Source: an uncultured Gammaproteobacteria bacterium
GTDB taxonomy: Bacteria > Pseudomonadota > Gammaproteobacteria > Steroidobacterales > Steroidobacteraceae
Reading direction: 5' to 3'
NCBI GenBank assembly: GCA_963799885.1
Contig: CAWCYX010000010.1
Coordinates: forward strand, 110,520 to 174,519
Length of the DNA: 64,000 nt
The translations under genes were made by a program, and so were the position numbers. Below the pieces are notes generated by a model. It was not told the origin of the DNA, searched no databases, and saw only the letters and a list, made by a program, of their open reading frames with translations. Shown here in pieces: positions 37,891-46,607 of this stretch (position 1 is its first letter; the number at the start of each line of letters is the position of its first letter).

Positions 37891-39861
37891 ATGGCCTCAA
37901 CAACGTGCGATGACCGGCTGTCGAGTCGCCCCGCCGCAATCATGCGATCATTTGCGTATGGCGAAAGGGCGTTATATCGAAGCGGATTCGGTCACCGGTC
38001 CGTCAACACGATGACCGTTGACCCACGCCGTAGCTTGGTCGCCGGCCTCATTTGGCTCGTCGTCGCCATGGCTTTGAGTTTCGCCGGCGCGGCGTCGTTT
38101 TGGGCCGGCCGCGCGGCACGCGAAATCGTCGTCCAGCAGCACGTGCGCAGATTGCTTCTCGAGACGGATCAATTTGCCTCGGACTTGGGTCAGGCGGTGA
38201 GTGCTCGGATGGCGGCCGCACGCACGGTGCGCGCCGCGACGTCCCTTGAGCGGACGTTCACAGCCCTCCTCCAGCAATATCCGGATCAGGGGTGGATCGC
38301 TCTGGCGGACGACACCGGGACAGTGATCGCCGGCGACGGAAGCATCCCTGTGGGTGCGAACGTCAGCGCAGCGCCCTGGTTCTCGAGCGGACGCGAACGG
38401 CCATGGATCGGGATCATCGAAGCAGACGACCGCCTGAGGAGCGACCGTTCTCCGCGGCTCGGCGACCTGTCGCTGCCTGTCCAAGATGCTGCCGGGCATA
38501 CCCTCGGGGTGATCGCTGCGCATATCACCTGGCGCTGGGCCACGCGAGACTTACTGCGGCTGAGTGCCGGCCTCGAACCGTCCGCTCAAACGCTGATACT
38601 TGACGACCAAGACCGCGTAATGGTCGGCCCGAAGGACTGGCTCAATCTGCGATGGCAAGGCACTCCCACCACCGATCCGCAGCCAATCGACACCGCCGCG
38701 GCGCTGCCGGCAGCGCATGAACCCGCCGGCGCCAAGGTTCAGGTTCCCCAGTTCGAGCGCTTGCCGAGCGGCCGAACCGTTCTGGTGGCGCGTTCACCGG
38801 TGATCGTCGAACCTGACGGAGCGGCGCACGGCTGGCAAGTTCAGCTCAGCGAGCCCAAGGAACACGTTTATCAGCGCGCCAACGCCCTAGCTGAGCGCAT
38901 CCTTTGGATCTCGGTATGTCTGGGCGCGGTCACGGCGCTGATCGGCGCGCTCGTCGCCCGGCATTTGACGAATCGACTACGTCGATTGACTCGCTCTGCC
39001 GCCTTAGTGGGCCGTAACGAAATCGAACGCATCGAGGTGCCGGCCGGGCGGGACGAGGTCGCGCAGCTTGCCGGCGCATTCGCCAAGGTGCTCGATGACC
39101 TGCGCCGGGAGCGCAGCGAGCTGCTGGCGTTGAGCGGCGAACTCGAACGCCGCGTCGCCGTCAGGACGCGCGAAGTGGTGCGCCTTGCGGAGGAATCTCG
39201 ATATGCGGCCGTCGTTCGGGAACGCCTGAAAATTGCGCGGGACCTTCACGATACGCTCGCGCACTCGATGATGGCGATGTTGAGCGAGGTGCGATTGCTC
39301 CGCAAACTCCACGCGCACGACCCATCCGCGCTCGCGGACGAATTGGCCCGCGCCGAAGAAGTTGCGCACGATGGGCTCAATGAGGCACGCACGGCCGTAG
39401 CGCAAATGCGCTTCAATGCCGTGCGCGACACCGGCCTGGGTCCCGCGCTTGCAAAGACCTACGACCGCTTCATCGATCGTACGGGCTTGATCGGAGAATT
39501 CACTTCCGATGCCGAAGCCGCCCGCTTCGGGGACGAGCGCGCCGAAACCTTGTTCAGCATGGCCGAAGAGGCGCTGCGGAACGTCGAACGGCACGCGATG
39601 GCCAGCCGGGTGAGGGTCATGCTCGCGATGAAAAACGATACCCACCTGTGCCTGCGGATCGAGGACGACGGGATCGGCTTCGATACCGGCCATTCCCGGC
39701 CCGGACATTTCGGGCTGGTCGGGCTGCGCGAGCAGGCGCAGTTGATCGACGCGGACTTGCACATTCGAAGTGCGCCGAACCAAGGGACGACCCTCTCGGT
39801 AACGTTGCGAATCGCACCTGAAGTTCTCTCGCCGCTCGATGCCGCGGCACATTCGACGTAA
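37891..39861 (+). CDS. Orphan HisKA_3 (NarX/DesK-type) sensor kinase with a large periplasmic domain
   Basis: The start is uncertain (ATG 37891, 37942 or 38011; none has a clear SD). TM LVAGLIWLVVAMALSFAGAASFW, a periplasmic region of about 300 aa and a second TM ILWISVCLGAVTALIGALV. It has a HAMP domain, the H-box ARDLHDTLAHSMMAM, the N-box EEALRNVERHA and the G-boxes EDDGIGFD / GHFGLVGLREQ. No regulator is adjacent. Confidence 0.85.
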   Translation: MASTTCDDRLSSRPAAIMRSFAYGERALYRSGFGHRSVNTMTVDPRRSLVAGLIWLVVAMALSFAGAASFWAGRAAREIVVQQHVRRLLLETDQFASDLGQAVSARMAAARTVRAATSLERTFTALLQQYPDQGWIALADDTGTVIAGDGSIPVGANVSAAPWFSSGRERPWIGIIEADDRLRSDRSPRLGDLSLPVQDAAGHTLGVIAAHITWRWATRDLLRLSAGLEPSAQTLILDDQDRVMVGPKDWLNLRWQGTPTTDPQPIDTAAALPAAHEPAGAKVQVPQFERLPSGRTVLVARSPVIVEPDGAAHGWQVQLSEPKEHVYQRANALAERILWISVCLGAVTALIGALVARHLTNRLRRLTRSAALVGRNEIERIEVPAGRDEVAQLAGAFAKVLDDLRRERSELLALSGELERRVAVRTREVVRLAEESRYAAVVRERLKIARDLHDTLAHSMMAMLSEVRLLRKLHAHDPSALADELARAEEVAHDGLNEARTAVAQMRFNAVRDTGLGPALAKTYDRFIDRTGLIGEFTSDAEAARFGDERAETLFSMAEEALRNVERHAMASRVRVMLAMKNDTHLCLRIEDDGIGFDTGHSRPGHFGLVGLREQAQLIDADLHIRSAPNQGTTLSVTLRIAPEVLSPLDAAAHST

Positions 39862-39881
39862 ACGACCTGACTTGCGGAGAC

Positions 39882-40421
39882 TTGAAGATGCAACGCAAAC
39901 GGATTCTCTTACTGGTGACGATCGCAATCGCGGCGGCCGGCGCTACGCGCGCATTCGCAGACGATCCGTGCCTCGGATTCAAGTGGGACGTTCGCAAGGA
40001 GCACGCCTTGTTCGGCGGCACCCCCGCGGCGCTCCCCGCCGGGAAGGATGTGCCCTCCGCGCCGACGATCGTCGCCGGCCGCCTGTATGCACTGCAGCTC
40101 GCACCGCAGACCGCCGTTTCGTTCGCCGTGGCGCCCGGCAAGAAGAGTGCGCCCGACGGCTCATATGCGGGCCTCGCCGTCCTGCACCTCGAGACCGCGG
40201 GCCACTACCGCGTCTCGGTGGACGCACCTGTGTGGATCGACGTTGCCGCGGACGGAACCCTCGCGGAGGTCGAGGACTATCAAGGGCTGCACAGTTGCGA
40301 CGCTCCGCATAAGATCGTCGAGTTCAAGCTCGCGAGCGGCTCGCGTTTCGTCCTGCAGTTGAGCGGAGCGCCGAAGGCGGCGATCCGGTTGACCGTGACG
40401 CAGGCCCCTCCGAAGACTTAG
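39882..40421 (+). CDS. Exported protein of unknown function (179 aa)
   Basis: GGAGA lies 8 nt before the ATG. Signal peptide MKMQRKRILLLVTIAIAAAGATRAFA. The mature part is beta-rich with two Cys (DDPC, HSCDAPH). It starts 20 nt after the kinase stop, so co-transcription is likely. Confidence 0.6.
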   Translation: MKMQRKRILLLVTIAIAAAGATRAFADDPCLGFKWDVRKEHALFGGTPAALPAGKDVPSAPTIVAGRLYALQLAPQTAVSFAVAPGKKSAPDGSYAGLAVLHLETAGHYRVSVDAPVWIDVAADGTLAEVEDYQGLHSCDAPHKIVEFKLASGSRFVLQLSGAPKAAIRLTVTQAPPKT

Positions 40422-40531
40422 GAGCCTCCTTGCCACGACGAACGACCGCGCCACGCCGGCGGCCGGCGGTCCGGCGTAGGCCATCGGCAGGGCGGCCGGT
40501 AAGCAGGCCGCCCCGGAGCACGCCGGAAATT

Positions 40532-40559
40532 GGAACTGCCTCGCCATTGCGGGGTCAAA
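40532..40559 (+). promoter_or_regulatory. SigmaE-type promoter candidate for Gly-rich copy 3
   Basis: GGAACT-gcctcgccattgcgggg-TCAAA (17-nt spacer), about 45 nt upstream of ATG 40606. It follows an 8-bp GC hairpin at 40490-40513. Confidence 0.4.
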
Positions 40560-40605
40560 ATGCGCAGAAGCCGCGGTCGTCCCGGCCGCCGCAACTGGTG
40601 GAATT

Positions 40606-41274
40606 ATGAAAAATCAACGCCCCGTCCGGTCGAATATCGTGGTGATCTGTCTGGCTGCCCTCCTGCTGAGCAGCGGTACCGCACTCGCTCAGGGTCACGC
40701 CGGCGGCGGTGGGCACGCGGCGGTGGGTCACGGCGGTTACGGCGGCGGCTACCGTGGCGGTTACGGCGGCGGGTATCGCGGCGGTTATGGATACCGTGGC
40801 GGCTACGGCTGGCGCGGCGGCTACGGCTGGCGCGGCGGCTACGGCTGGGGCGGCTGGGGTTGGGGTTGGGCAGGACTTGGGCTCGGTCTCTACTTCGCAA
40901 CGCTGCCGCTCTATTACTCCACGCTCTGGTGGGACGGCACTCCCTATTACTACGCGGATGGCACGTACTACCTGTACGATGGCCGGGTTCGTCAATACGT
41001 CACCGTGGCGCCGCCGCCCGAAATACAGAGTCAAGTCGGTGCGCAGGGCGGTGAACAAGAACCGATCGGCACGGACCTCATCGCCTACCCGAAGAACGGC
41101 CAGAGCGCCGACCAGCAGGCGAAGGACAAATACGAGTGCCACCATTGGGCAGCCGCACAAAGCGGCTTCGATCCCACCCTGGGTGCGGCCGCGCCGGCGC
41201 GCGCCTCCAAACGTACCGACTACATGCGGGCACAGGCCGCCTGCCTCGATGGGCGAGGCTACAGCGTCAAATAG
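40606..41274 (+). CDS. Secreted Gly/Tyr/Trp-rich protein, family copy 3
   Basis: 222 aa. Signal peptide ...[15 protein letters not shown], then GGYRGGYG / GGYGWR repeats, [68 protein letters not shown], and the C-terminal [14 protein letters not shown]. Confidence 0.8.
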   Translation: MKNQRPVRSNIVVICLAALLLSSGTALAQGHAGGGGHAAVGHGGYGGGYRGGYGGGYRGGYGYRGGYGWRGGYGWRGGYGWGGWGWGWAGLGLGLYFATLPLYYSTLWWDGTPYYYADGTYYLYDGRVRQYVTVAPPPEIQSQVGAQGGEQEPIGTDLIAYPKNGQSADQQAKDKYECHHWAAAQSGFDPTLGAAAPARASKRTDYMRAQAACLDGRGYSVK

Positions 41275-42401
41275 GAGCCAACAACAGTTCGAGCGTTCGG
41301 AAATAGATCTGATGCAGACGGTCGATATCGTCGACGCGCACGCACTCGTTGACCTTGTGAATGGTTTCGTTGATGACGCCGAGTTCGATGACTTGCGCAC
41401 CCATGGGCGCGATGAACCGGCCATCCGAAGTCCCGCCGCCGGTCGATAGCTTCGGGGTGACCGCGAGCAATTCTTGAACGGCCTGCGTGGCGGCGTTCGA
41501 CAGTCTGCCGGGCGCAGTCAGAAAGGGGTGGCCGGATACGAACCATTCCAACGTATAGTTGACTCGATGCTTGGCTAAGATGCCTTCGACGGTTGCTTTG
41601 AGTTTTTCGATGGTCTGCTCCGTCGAGAACCGCAAGTTGAAGCGCGCTTTGAGCTCGCCGGGAATGACGTTGGGCGCGCCCGTGCCGGCGGAGATGTTCG
41701 ATACCTGGAACGTCGTCGGCTGAAAATGCTCATTGCCCCCGTCCCAAACATACGACGTCAGATCCGCAAGCGCCGGCGCCAGCGCGTGGACGGGATTGTC
41801 GGCAAACTGCGGATAGGCTATATGGCCCTGCACACCGTGAACCGTGAGCCGCCCGCTCAGGCTGCCGCGTCGGCCGATTTTGATCGTGTCGCCGAGTAAT
41901 TTCTCGCTCGACGGCTCCCCGACCAGGCACCAATCGATGGTCTCCCGGCGCTCGCGGAGCACCTCCACCACCCGGCGCGTCCCGTCGACCGAGGGCCCTT
42001 CCTCATCGCTGGTGATGAGAAACGCGATGGTGCCCAGGTGCTTTGGGTAGCGGCGCACGAACTCTTCACTGGCGGTCAGCATGGCGGCAAGTCCGCTCTT
42101 CATATCGGCGGCGCCGCGGCCGTACAGCATGCCCTCCTCGATCACGGGCACGAAAGGGTCGGTCCGCCAGTCTTCGCGAGGACCGGTCGGCACCACATCG
42201 GTGTGCCCGGCGAAACAGAGCACGGGGCCGCCCTCGCCGCGCTTCGCCCAAAAATTGTCGACCGGCCCGAAGCGCAGCCTTTCCGACCTCGAACCCGATG
42301 AGCTCGAGCCGCTCGATCATCACCGCCTGACATCCGCCGTCCGTGGGACTGACGGAGGCGCGCGCTATCAGCTCCCGGGTCAGTTCGAGTGTCTTCGACA
42401 T
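41267..42401 (-). CDS. dapE: Succinyl-diaminopimelate desuccinylase, one frame change as sequenced
   Basis: [39 protein letters not shown] (frame of ORF 42066-42530) continues as [39 protein letters not shown]... (ORF 41267-42223). The join requires removing one base of a CC pair near 42283. Confidence 0.88.
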
Positions 42402-42884
42402 CAGAACCGCAGCATCGGGGGCCGTCGGCGAAGGTTCGCCCACAGTCCGTAGGCTCCCAAGACAAGCGCCGCGATCAGCACCCATGCCGGCATGGCGAGA
42501 CCCAGGAAGCGCCATTCCACCTTGGCGCATTCACCCGAGCCGGTCAGCACTTTGACCAGCACATCGGTGAGCGGAAACACCTTGAGCATGAAATCGAGCG
42601 AGGCACCGCAGGCAGCGACGGTGCCCGGCGGCAGACTCTGGATATACAGATGCCGCGCGGCGACGCCGATGGTCGCGAGCGACGCCAACCCGAGCAAGCC
42701 CGGCGTACACCCGCCGCCCCCAACCCGCCGGGTCGTGAGCGGCGGCGATCGCGAAGCTCACGCCGATGGCAAAGATTCCGACGCGCTGGAAAATGCATAA
42801 TGGACAGGGCTCCAGATGCATCACGAACTGGGCGTAGTAGGCATAGGCGAGCAGCAGCGGCGCAAGCCAGCGCCCCCAGAACAT
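42401..42884 (-). CDS. dsbB: Disulfide bond formation protein B, one frame change as sequenced
   Basis: N-terminal part is ORF 42531-42884 ([15 protein letters not shown], the first Cys pair). C-terminal part is ORF 42401-42697 ([15 protein letters not shown]...[10 protein letters not shown], the second pair). They join near 42700. Confidence 0.8.
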
Positions 42885-42902
42885 TAGCCGTTCGCGCCGT
42901 CA

Positions 42903-43638
42903 TCAGCGGCGAGCGAGCGCGTGCGCAGCGTCGATTTGTTTGGCGACGTCCTCGAGCGAGGTGTGGCGAATGTCCTTGCCGTGCACCATGTAGATCACAT
43001 ACTCGCAGATATTCTTGGCATGGTCGCCGATACGCTCCAGAGACACGCACGATCCACATGATCTCCAGCGCGCGGCGAATGGTGCGGGGATCCTCCATCA
43101 TGAAGGTGATGCACTGACGATGGATCGATTCGTACTCTTCGTCCACCATCCTGTCTTCCTGAGCCGTCCTCACCGCCGCCTGCGAATCCATTCGGGCAAA
43201 CGCGTCGAGCGCATCGTGCACCATGTGCGCGACCTGGCGCCCGAGATGCTTGACCTCTCGATACTTGTCCGCCGGCCGTTCCATCGTGGCGAGCTGCGAG
43301 GCGATGTAGCCTATCTTTTCGCCTTCATCGCCGATGCGCTCGAGGTCCGTGATGGTTTTGATGATGGCGACGATGACGCGCAGGTCTCCGGCCGCCGGCG
43401 CCCGGAGCGCCAGTATCCGGCTGCACTCCTCGTCGATGGACACCTCCATGCCGTTGACCTTGTAGTCGTCGGTGGCCACGGACTCGCCCAACTGGCTGTC
43501 CCCCTCCACGAGAGCGGTAATGGCCTTCTGCAGCTGCTGCTCCACGAAGCCGCCCATCTGCAGCACCTGGTTGCGCACCTTCTCCAGGTCTTCGTTGAAG
43601 CGCCGGGAGATGTGGTGGGTGAGATCGGCAGTTTCCAT
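42903..43638 (-). CDS. phoU: Phosphate signalling regulator PhoU, one frame change as sequenced
   Basis: [30 protein letters not shown]...[16 protein letters not shown] is in ORF 42544-43695. After one extra base near 43041-43048 it continues as [46 protein letters not shown] (own translation; stop 42903-42905). Confidence 0.88.
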
Positions 43639-43769
43639 GATATTTACCTTGCAGCTGGAAGAACGCGCACCTGTGGTGCGTCGAACGCCGTCCATAGTAC
43701 GGCGTGACTCATTTACATCCGATTACACCGCGCGTCAACACTGGGAGCGATAAATGTGACGCGAGCAGC

Positions 43770-45085
43770 CTAGGCACTGGCAGCGGCGCGCAGCCCCGCC
43801 TGCCACACTCGCTGCGGCGGAAAGTGGCAGGTGAAAGTACTGCCTTTGCCTTCCGTGCTCTGCACGTCGAGCCAGCCGCCGTGGCGCTGCAAAGCATGCT
43901 TCACGATGGCGAGTCCGAGACCCGATCCGCCCCGGTCGCGCGAGCGTCCGGCGTCCACGCGGTAGAACCGTTCGGTCAGCCGCGGAATGTGCTCCGCCGG
44001 AATGCCGATTCCGCTGTCGATCACCGAGAAGTAGGCGCCCTCGACGTCGGTCCACCATCGCATTCGCACCGTCCCATCGGACATGGTGTACTTGAGCCCG
44101 TTCACCAGCACGTTGGTGAATGCCGACTCGATCTCCTGCGGGGAGCCGTACAGGCCGTCCTCCGATTCCAGATCCAGTGAGACCTGGCGCGGCCGATTGG
44201 GGCGCGCCAAAGCGTCGCGGTGCAGCCGCTCGAGCAAGGCCGGCACATCGATGGGCTCGCGCGGCGCCTCGCCGTCGGTGGATTCCAGGCGCGACAGTTC
44301 CAGCAAATCCGAAATGATGGTATTCATGCGCTGCGCCTGCGCGCGCATGTCCTTGATGGGGCCCGCCCATGTTTCGTCGATGGAGGGATCGTCGGCAAGC
44401 GTGTCGAGGTAGCCTGAGATCACGGTCAACGGCGTGCGCAATTCATGGGACGCATTCGCCACGAAATCCTTGCGCGTGGCCTCCAAGCGCATCTGCCGGG
44501 TGACATCCCGCACCAACAGTAGGGACTGACCCGCCCCGTACGGCACCAACTGCAGCGCCAGGTACAAATCGGCGTGCACGGGCGGCCGGATGACCAACGG
44601 AATCGAGAAGTCATCCGCCATGCAGGTAGCGGACGAACTCCGGCGTGCGGATCAAATTGTCGACCCGCAGGCCGACGTCGACGGGACGCTTCAGTCCGAG
44701 GAGCCGGGCAGCCTGTCGATTGAACCAGACGATTTCGTTCTGGCTGCTCAAGAATGATGACGCCGTCCGGCAGCGCCGCGGTGGAGCGCCGCAGTTCGCG
44801 GTACAGCTGCACCAGGCGCTGCTTGTGAAATTGCTTGCGCCGGTGCAGGCGCACCACTTGACCGATGATGTCGCCCCAAATCCCGCCGAGATTGGGAGGA
44901 TCGATTTGCGAGCGCAGCCGCAGCCAGCGGTCCAGGCGATACAGATTGAGAAACTGCCAGCCGAGATACAGACTGGCGGCCAGCCAGGAGCCAGGCCAAA
45001 TGGGCCCGAACAGCAGCCCGACCACCAAGCCGGCGAGCAAGATGCCCGCGAGCCGCGCGAGCGCAAAGGTCCACATCGATGCCAT
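43770..45085 (-). CDS. phoR: Phosphate regulon sensor kinase PhoR, two frame changes as sequenced
   Basis: TM/N-terminal part is in ORF 44426-45085. The PAS-like middle IVWFNRQAARLLGLKRPVDVGLRVDNLIRTPEFVRYL is in ORF 44611-45066. The kinase core FVANASHELRTPLTVISGYL...GGSGLGLAIVKHALQRHGG is in ORF 43770-44621. Confidence 0.88.
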
Positions 45086-45125
45086 GAGGCGGAGCCTAAC
45101 TCATCCTATTGGCAAAAGACTCGTC

Positions 45126-45822
45126 TCAAGAGTCGCGCGCCGAAAAGCGATACCCGGAGCCGCGTACCGTCTGAACCAAGCGATCCAAGATGATACGGCT
45201 CGAGCGCCTTGCGCAACCGACGAATGTGCACATCAACCGTGCGCTCCTCCACGTAAGTATTGCCCCCCCATACCCGGTCGAGCAACTGGCCGCGGGTGAA
45301 CACCCGCTCCGGATGCGTCATGAAGAAATGCAGCAAGCGGTATTCCGTGGGTCCCAGCGCGATTTCGCGCTCGCCTGCGCTCACCCGATGACTGGAGTCG
45401 TCGAGCTTGAGGCCCTCCACCTCCACCGTGTCCGCCGCGCCGGCCGGAGCTGCTCGGCGCAGTACGGCCTGGATGCGTGCGAGCAGCTCGCGCGGCGAAA
45501 ACGGCTTGGTGATGTAGTCGTCTGCGCCGCTCTCGAGACCTCCAACCTTGTCCTGTTCCTCGGCGCGGGCCGTGAGCATGATGACCGGTATTTCTTCGGT
45601 ATCCTTGGCGCGTTTCAGCGAGCGGGTCAGTTCTAAACCACTCATGTCGGGCAGCATCCAGTCGACCAGCATCAAGTCCGGCCGAACATCGACGATACGC
45701 GCTCGCGCCTCCCGGCAGTCCTCGGCCTCCCGCACTTCATAGCCGGCCCGGCGCAGTCCAAAGGCAACCATGTCACGGATGCTCTTTTCATCTTCGACGA
45801 TGAGGATGCGCTTGGCGGTCAT
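45126..45822 (-). CDS. phoB: Phosphate regulon response regulator PhoB, C-terminal frame change as sequenced
   Basis: [19 protein letters not shown]...[13 protein letters not shown]...[18 protein letters not shown]. The canonical end [19 protein letters not shown] appears only after removing one base of the CC pair at 45185-45186. That gives a stop at 45126-45128. Confidence 0.9.
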
Positions 45823-45872
45823 ATTGTTGCTAGTCCCTTGATTCTTTTAGCCCGCTATTACATGCGTGCCAT

Positions 45873-45890
45873 ATGACAGTTCCATGACAG
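45873..45890 (-). promoter_or_regulatory. Pho box upstream of phoB
   Basis: The minus strand reads CTGTCAT-ggaa-CTGTCAT: two perfect consensus 7-mers with an 11-bp period. It is about 50 nt upstream of ATG 45822. Confidence 0.65.
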
Positions 45891-45898
45891 CTGAATAC

Positions 45899-46606
45899 TC
45901 ACTCCGCCGCCGCCTGCTTCGATAGGGCACGTTCCGCTTCCGTCAGCGCCACCTTGTCGCGCAAATAAACAGGGATGAGGTCGGCGGGGTCCCCGCCTTC
46001 GCCCAGCTTAAGCCGGATGGCACCCAGCCGCGCCATGTCCTTGGCGTCGGGCAGCGCCGCGCAGGCGCCGGCGGGCAAGGTCAGCCCGGCAAGAGCCCGA
46101 AGAGCCGGGTAGGCCGCAAAACCCCGACCGATACCCTGAAACGGGCCCGCCAGCGGAACCTTGACCGACTGCGCGTCGCCCACCGCCGCCGCGCCGCGGG
46201 CGGCGACGCCACGAGTAGGGTGGGTGGCGAAGCAGCCCCAGTACACCTCGCCCATTCGCGCATCGAGACAGGCCATGACCTGATCCGCCCCGCCGCGCAT
46301 CGCTTGCCAGCCCAAGGCCTCCAGTGTGGTCACGGCGACCACCGGCAGCGCCGCACCGAATGCCAGTCCTTGCGCCACCGACACACCGATCCTGACTCCG
46401 GTAAACGCGCCCGGACCGACGCTGGCGGCGATACCGTCCAGCATCCCGAGGACGGTCCCTGCTTCGGCCAGAACCGCATCGACCATGTCGAGAATCTGTT
46501 CGGCGTGGCCGCGGCCCACTTCCTTGAACACACCGATGACCCCCGCATCCGTCAGCAACGCGACGGAGCAAGCTTCCGTCGCCGTATCGAGAGCGAGGAC
46601 CTTCAT
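45899..46606 (-). CDS. tsaB: tRNA t6A37 threonylcarbamoyl-transfer protein TsaB (YeaZ)
   Basis: MKVLALDTATEACSVALL...GRGHAEQILDMVDAVLAEAG...LDGIAASVGPGAFTGVRIGVSVAQGLAFG. Confidence 0.85.
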   Translation of the reverse strand: MKVLALDTATEACSVALLTDAGVIGVFKEVGRGHAEQILDMVDAVLAEAGTVLGMLDGIAASVGPGAFTGVRIGVSVAQGLAFGAALPVVAVTTLEALGWQAMRGGADQVMACLDARMGEVYWGCFATHPTRGVAARGAAAVGDAQSVKVPLAGPFQGIGRGFAAYPALRALAGLTLPAGACAALPDAKDMARLGAIRLKLGEGGDPADLIPVYLRDKVALTEAERALSKQAAAE

Positions 46607-46607
46607 G

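Noticed and set aside
40490-40513. 8-bp GC hairpin GGGCGGCC-ggtaagca-GGCCGCCC after the exported-protein gene, as a terminator.
   Set aside because: No U-tract follows, and such GC palindromes are common in high-GC DNA. It is mentioned only as context for the promoter candidate.
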